Positions 60,012 through 64,000 of a stretch of 64,000 bases of DNA are shown here, piece after piece. Origin of the DNA: Candidatus Cloacimonadota bacterium (GTDB lineage Bacteria > Cloacimonadota > Cloacimonadia > JGIOTU-2). The notes under the pieces are model-generated. The model was not told where the DNA came from. It searched no databases and saw only the letters and a list, made by a program, of their open reading frames with translations. The stretch covers positions 34,868-98,867 of the forward strand of contig JBNGBT010000010.1 of NCBI GenBank assembly GCA_049903315.1. The letters are read 5' to 3'. Numbering within the stretch: position 1 is the first letter of the stretch; the number at the start of each line of letters is the position of its first letter. Position numbers and translations under genes: made by a program.

Positions 60012-62149
60012 AAAAGGTTATCTATTTACTAATTCTGATATGTATTGTTCCCGCAGTACTCTGTGCAAAATTAACGCTGCACGTTCCAAAATTGAATCCT
60101 TCTCCAACGATTGACGGAAAGATCGAACAGGGTGAATGGGATGGTGCAGCAGTTGTAGAAACCTTCTATCAAACCTCACCAGGGGACAATTCCGAGCCAT
60201 CGGAAAAAACGATCGGCTATCTCGCGTATGATGATGAATACCTCTACTGTGCAGTGCACTGTTTTTATGATGATCCGGAGAAGATAAGACTGTTCCATTG
60301 CATCAGGGATAAGATCTATTACACAGACCGAATTTTCCTGTTCATTGATACATTCCACTCGAACGCCAAAGCATATTACTTTGGCACAAACGGCTATGGA
60401 GAGCAGGCAGACGGCATCGTGATCGATGACATCGATACGTCTATCAACATTCATTATGATTCGTTTGGTGCCTTGACTGATGACGGCTACACCATCGAGA
60501 TGAAGATCCCGCTTAAGAATATCAAATACAAGAGCGGAAAGAATGTGCAATGGGGTTTCTTCCTGAAGCGTCACATTGAAGAACGAAAAGAAGAGATATG
60601 TGCCATGCAGGTGAACAGGAACGGAACAAATTTCTATGATAACTATGGAATTCTTGTTTTTGATGAGCTTCCCACCAACCAAAACCTGAAACTGATCCCG
60701 TCATTTCTGATGAGTTATTCTGATGATAATGATAAGAAGGCGGCACACCGCACAATATCTCGAAAATACCAGCCGGAACTGAATATCTTCTATGAGCCGA
60801 ATTCCTTTCTGACAACCACCATGACGATCAATCCTGATTTCAGCACCATAGAAGCAGATGCCATGGAAATCGATGTGAATACGCGATTTCCGATCTACTA
60901 TCCTGAAAAAAGACCCTTCTTTATTGAGAGTACGAATCCATTCAATACACCGATCACGATCTATCATACCAGAAAAATATTTGACCCGATCTTTGGTGCA
61001 AAATTCTCAGGTGCAGTTGGCAAAAACAGATTTTTCGGGCTTGGTGCGGTCGATGAAAACGCAGAAGGTGCTCGTTTCATAAAAGGATATAATGGAACAA
61101 GTAATGCATTGTTTGGATTTACCTCATTTGAGAATAAATCCAGAAGTGGAAGTACGTACACCCGAGGTGCATTGGCATTAAGAAAATTTAAGGATTTCTA
61201 TAATATTGTTGGAGATATCGATGGTCGATTCACGCTTATCGGCAACCTGAGAGGGCAATACCAGCTTGTTGGATCTTTTGATCAGAATATTGAGAAGAAA
61301 TGGTTCAAGGGGTATGGTTATCTTGGAGAGGTGTGGTATGATACTGAATCTGTATTTGCGAATCTTGGTATAAAGACGATCTCAAAAAGTTTCAAAGCCG
61401 ATCTTGGTTTTATTCCTGAGAATGACATGCAGTATATCTACAGCCATGGGGAACGACATAAGATTGCAGACACGGACAAGCAGTATGTGAGGTTGTTCGA
61501 GTTCGGATATGATGCAAATATCAAATACGATCTGGACTTCAGTCATATAAAAGAGCACTTTCTGAAATTCTATACAGGTGGCATTTTCAAGAGCAGGTTC
61601 GAAGTGTGGACAGGTGTTAATTTCCAGATGGTTCATTTTGCCGGGAAAGATAATCACATGTACACGCCTTGGATATCTTTCCAGACCTATCCTTCTGACT
61701 TGTTTGTACTTGATACTGATTTTGAGTTTGGAAAATACATGTGGTTTGATGTGGATGATCCACGTATCGAACAATACAGGAAATATGAAGTATTTCTCAA
61801 CATACGTCCCACCGATAAGATCGATCTGGATATAAGATCAGAATATGAAGAGCTGCATAACATCTTTTCTGCGCAGGTACACCAACTGACACTGAAATAC
61901 CAGTTCAACAAGCAGTTCTGGATTCGCGGAATTCTGCAATACTGCCATTCAAAAATAAAAACTGAAAATGAGACTAATACCACACTGAATTTGTATCCTC
62001 TCTTTGTGTATAATCCTTATGCGAATATCGCAGTATATGCTGGAATCACATCTTTGGATAATGAATCAAAGGTGAATAATGCAAAGGTCTATGCAAAAAA
62101 GAAAGACACCTATTTCCTGAAAGTGTCCTATACCTTCGATGTGTTTTAG
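60008..62149 (+). CDS. Outer-membrane protein: CBM9-like N-terminal domain plus DUF5916-like beta-barrel
   Basis: Signal peptide, PTIDGKIEQGEW, EMKIPL, NPDFSTIEAD...YPEKRPFF.E and C-terminal KVSYTF; ATGA overlap with the GNAT stop. Confidence 0.8.
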   Translation: MKKVIYLLILICIVPAVLCAKLTLHVPKLNPSPTIDGKIEQGEWDGAAVVETFYQTSPGDNSEPSEKTIGYLAYDDEYLYCAVHCFYDDPEKIRLFHCIRDKIYYTDRIFLFIDTFHSNAKAYYFGTNGYGEQADGIVIDDIDTSINIHYDSFGALTDDGYTIEMKIPLKNIKYKSGKNVQWGFFLKRHIEERKEEICAMQVNRNGTNFYDNYGILVFDELPTNQNLKLIPSFLMSYSDDNDKKAAHRTISRKYQPELNIFYEPNSFLTTTMTINPDFSTIEADAMEIDVNTRFPIYYPEKRPFFIESTNPFNTPITIYHTRKIFDPIFGAKFSGAVGKNRFFGLGAVDENAEGARFIKGYNGTSNALFGFTSFENKSRSGSTYTRGALALRKFKDFYNIVGDIDGRFTLIGNLRGQYQLVGSFDQNIEKKWFKGYGYLGEVWYDTESVFANLGIKTISKSFKADLGFIPENDMQYIYSHGERHKIADTDKQYVRLFEFGYDANIKYDLDFSHIKEHFLKFYTGGIFKSRFEVWTGVNFQMVHFAGKDNHMYTPWISFQTYPSDLFVLDTDFEFGKYMWFDVDDPRIEQYRKYEVFLNIRPTDKIDLDIRSEYEELHNIFSAQVHQLTLKYQFNKQFWIRGILQYCHSKIKTENETNTTLNLYPLFVYNPYANIAVYAGITSLDNESKVNNAKVYAKKKDTYFLKVSYTFDVF

Positions 62150-62222
62150 GAATTTGTAACCACGGATTAGCACGAATAAAGACGAAAAATTGTAAGGGCT
62201 GAAGATCTTCAACCCTTTTTTA

Positions 62223-62305
62223 GAATTATCTTGTCACAAGCCGTTATGGATAAAATTGTTTGCAAGGATTATGTGCTTTTATTAAGGGCTTGTGATAAGT
62301 AATTC
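62223..62305. repeat. Long imperfect inverted repeat between convergent genes
   Basis: GAATTATCTTGTCACAAGCCGTTA ... TAAGGGCTTGTGATAAGTAATTC. Confidence 0.6.
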
Positions 62306-62413
62306 GGGTATCATTCCTAACTTAAGACATGCTCTTCGACATATCTCAAGTCTTCATAATAAATTAGGACTGATGATATACAGCTCCTTTTGATAAATAT
62401 AGAAAGAAATTAG

Positions 62414-63415
62414 TTACATATTATACCATTTTCTTAGTTTTACTATAACCCTTTCATTATTGATAAACTGATTATTATAATTTTTGTAATCAGGAAAGGA
62501 TAAATCATACTCCATATCTGAAACTTCTCTTTTATTACTACCGTCACTATTCATTACATAAATCGTAAAATTAGTGGAGGGATACAAAATTAATGAATCA
62601 TTTGGTGATGTAATTGGAGCTAACTCATAATCACCTGTTAAAGCAATAGCTTGAAGCTCTGTGCCATCTGTATTCATTTTATAAACAGTGTCGTTTGATG
62701 AAAAGATAATAAATAAATCATTATGAGACATGGAATAATAAGTATATTTATCAAATATTCTGTGGTTACCGGAACCATTAATATTCAATGAATACAGACC
62801 ACATTCTTCATATGATTGGTACATTGAATAAATAATACGATTATCAGAGTTTGTAAAACAAGGACTTTCGATAATTGAAGGTTGATATTTTACATATGAG
62901 TATATTAGTTCGTTATTCTCACCATTATAATCCATTATATAGATCGATGTAACCGAATCAAAATCTGTGGTGCTATAACATATTCTTTCACCATTGGAAG
63001 AAAAGCTTGGATATAGATTTATTATAGTATCTTGTTCAGTGATATTTGTTAGAATATTACTATCGAGATTAAGTGTATAAATATCTGTAATAGTATCAAA
63101 AACGACCATTTCTCCTTCGGGTGTCATGGCTATCTCAGGATTACAATATTTATCAATATATTCGACAAGGATTTCTTTTCCTGTTCCATCAGGATTCATA
63201 GAATAGATCTCATGGTTGTAATATCCGATCAACTTAGAGCCATCAAGATTGGGAATGACGATTCCAATGTCCTCTTCGATCAGATATTGTAAATTCGTGC
63301 CATCTATATTTACTGCACAGAGCCATTGCCTGAAGTAGGGTTCCGGTTCGAAAAGACAACTGGTCATCAATATAAGGGAACTCAGTAATATGGTAATAAT
63401 AAAGATTTTTTTCAT
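62414..63415 (-). CDS. TolB/DUF5050-like beta-propeller lipoprotein
   Basis: Lipobox MTSC; repeated IY.MN.DG[ST] blades and PSFSSNG. Confidence 0.82.
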   Translation of the reverse strand: MKKIFIITILLSSLILMTSCLFEPEPYFRQWLCAVNIDGTNLQYLIEEDIGIVIPNLDGSKLIGYYNHEIYSMNPDGTGKEILVEYIDKYCNPEIAMTPEGEMVVFDTITDIYTLNLDSNILTNITEQDTIINLYPSFSSNGERICYSTTDFDSVTSIYIMDYNGENNELIYSYVKYQPSIIESPCFTNSDNRIIYSMYQSYEECGLYSLNINGSGNHRIFDKYTYYSMSHNDLFIIFSSNDTVYKMNTDGTELQAIALTGDYELAPITSPNDSLILYPSTNFTIYVMNSDGSNKREVSDMEYDLSFPDYKNYNNQFINNERVIVKLRKWYNM

Positions 63416-63440
63416 GTCAGCCTCGAGTAATTCATTTTCA

Positions 63441-64000
63441 TTACATATTATACCATTTTCTTAGTTTTACTATAACTCTATCATTATTAATAAATCTAAA
63501 ATTGTAATTTTTATATCCATAGTAATCCAAATCATATTCCATATCAGATACTTCTCTTTTGTTACTTCCATCACTGTTCATGATGTACATCGTAGAATTA
63601 GTCGAGGGATAAAGAATCAGGGAATCATCTGGCGAAGTTACTGGTGCATATTGATCCTGATATGTTGTTGCAAGTTCTATAAGTCCAGAACCGTCCGAAT
63701 TCATTTTATATATTACGTCCTCTGCAGATAATACTAGAAATAAGCCATTGTGAGACATTGCAAAAGGAACATATTGATCAAAGATTTTATGATTATTGGT
63801 CCCATCAATACTAACTGAATATATTCCCCATGAATCAGGCAGAATCGGACTTGCGTAAATTATTTGATTATCAGAGTTTGTAAAACATGGACTTCTAAGC
63901 ATAGAAATCTGATCTACAATATATGAGTATATCATTTGTTTATTTTCACCATTGTAATCCATTATACATATTGATGTAACTGAATCAAAGTCCGTAGTAC
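63441..64000 (-). CDS. TolB/DUF5050-like beta-propeller paralog, 5'-partial
   Basis: The frame stays open to the window end (TTDFDSVTSICIMDYNGEN matches the paralog); identical C-terminus VIVKLRKWYNM. Confidence 0.82.
   Translation of the reverse strand, partial: TTDFDSVTSICIMDYNGENKQMIYSYIVDQISMLRSPCFTNSDNQIIYASPILPDSWGIYSVSIDGTNNHKIFDQYVPFAMSHNGLFLVLSAEDVIYKMNSDGSGLIELATTYQDQYAPVTSPDDSLILYPSTNSTMYIMNSDGSNKREVSDMEYDLDYYGYKNYNFRFINNDRVIVKLRKWYNM

Noticed and set aside
1..64000. CRISPR array, integrase, transposase, prophage, rRNA or reverse transcriptase/DGR
   Set aside because: I saw no regular repeat-spacer array and no such ORFs. The paralog differences at 41.5-50.7 kb and 62.4-64 kb are not visibly adenine-specific, and no RT gene is in the window.

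Overview
Gene-dense window from an anaerobic diderm bacterium. FlgD/T9SS-type C-terminal domains of the form YNLKGQLVATL...WDG...GIYFYKL, together with PorV, Rnf and PPDK, suggest the FCB group, possibly Cloacimonadota (inference only). Layout: (1) 1-8.2 kb, 3' part of an Mrp-linked membrane-bound [NiFe]-hydrogenase locus (MnhD/E/F/G-like subunits, NuoI-like Fe-S protein, a maturation protease split at an A11 tract, hypFCDE). (2) 8.2-18.3 kb, a phosphate locus: Na/Pi cotransporter, PhoU-like protein, phoB-phoR, an unusually small 164-aa sigma-70-family factor, a Pho-box promoter, porin, pstSCAB-phoU. (3) An MNT-HEPN toxin-antitoxin pair beside REP-like palindromes. (4) rnfCDGEAB, ftsY, tRNA-Val(CAC) and a long minus-strand housekeeping run (ppdK, nadD, bamD, cpoB, M18 peptidase, beta-decarboxylating dehydrogenase, greA). 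(5) A secreted-protein cluster: S8 protease, PorV-like barrel, small Zn-ribbon basic protein, GH18 chitinase and three mosaic adhesin-like paralogs. (6) A six-gene operon behind a leader-peptide attenuator: heterodimeric ABC exporter, ABC-F, a 45-aa Lys-rich peptide missing from the ORF track, a giant GNAT fusion and an outer-membrane barrel. (7) Tandem TolB-like propeller paralogs. The best candidates for an undescribed system are the mini-sigma factor embedded in the pho operon and the attenuator-controlled ABC/ABC-F/GNAT operon.
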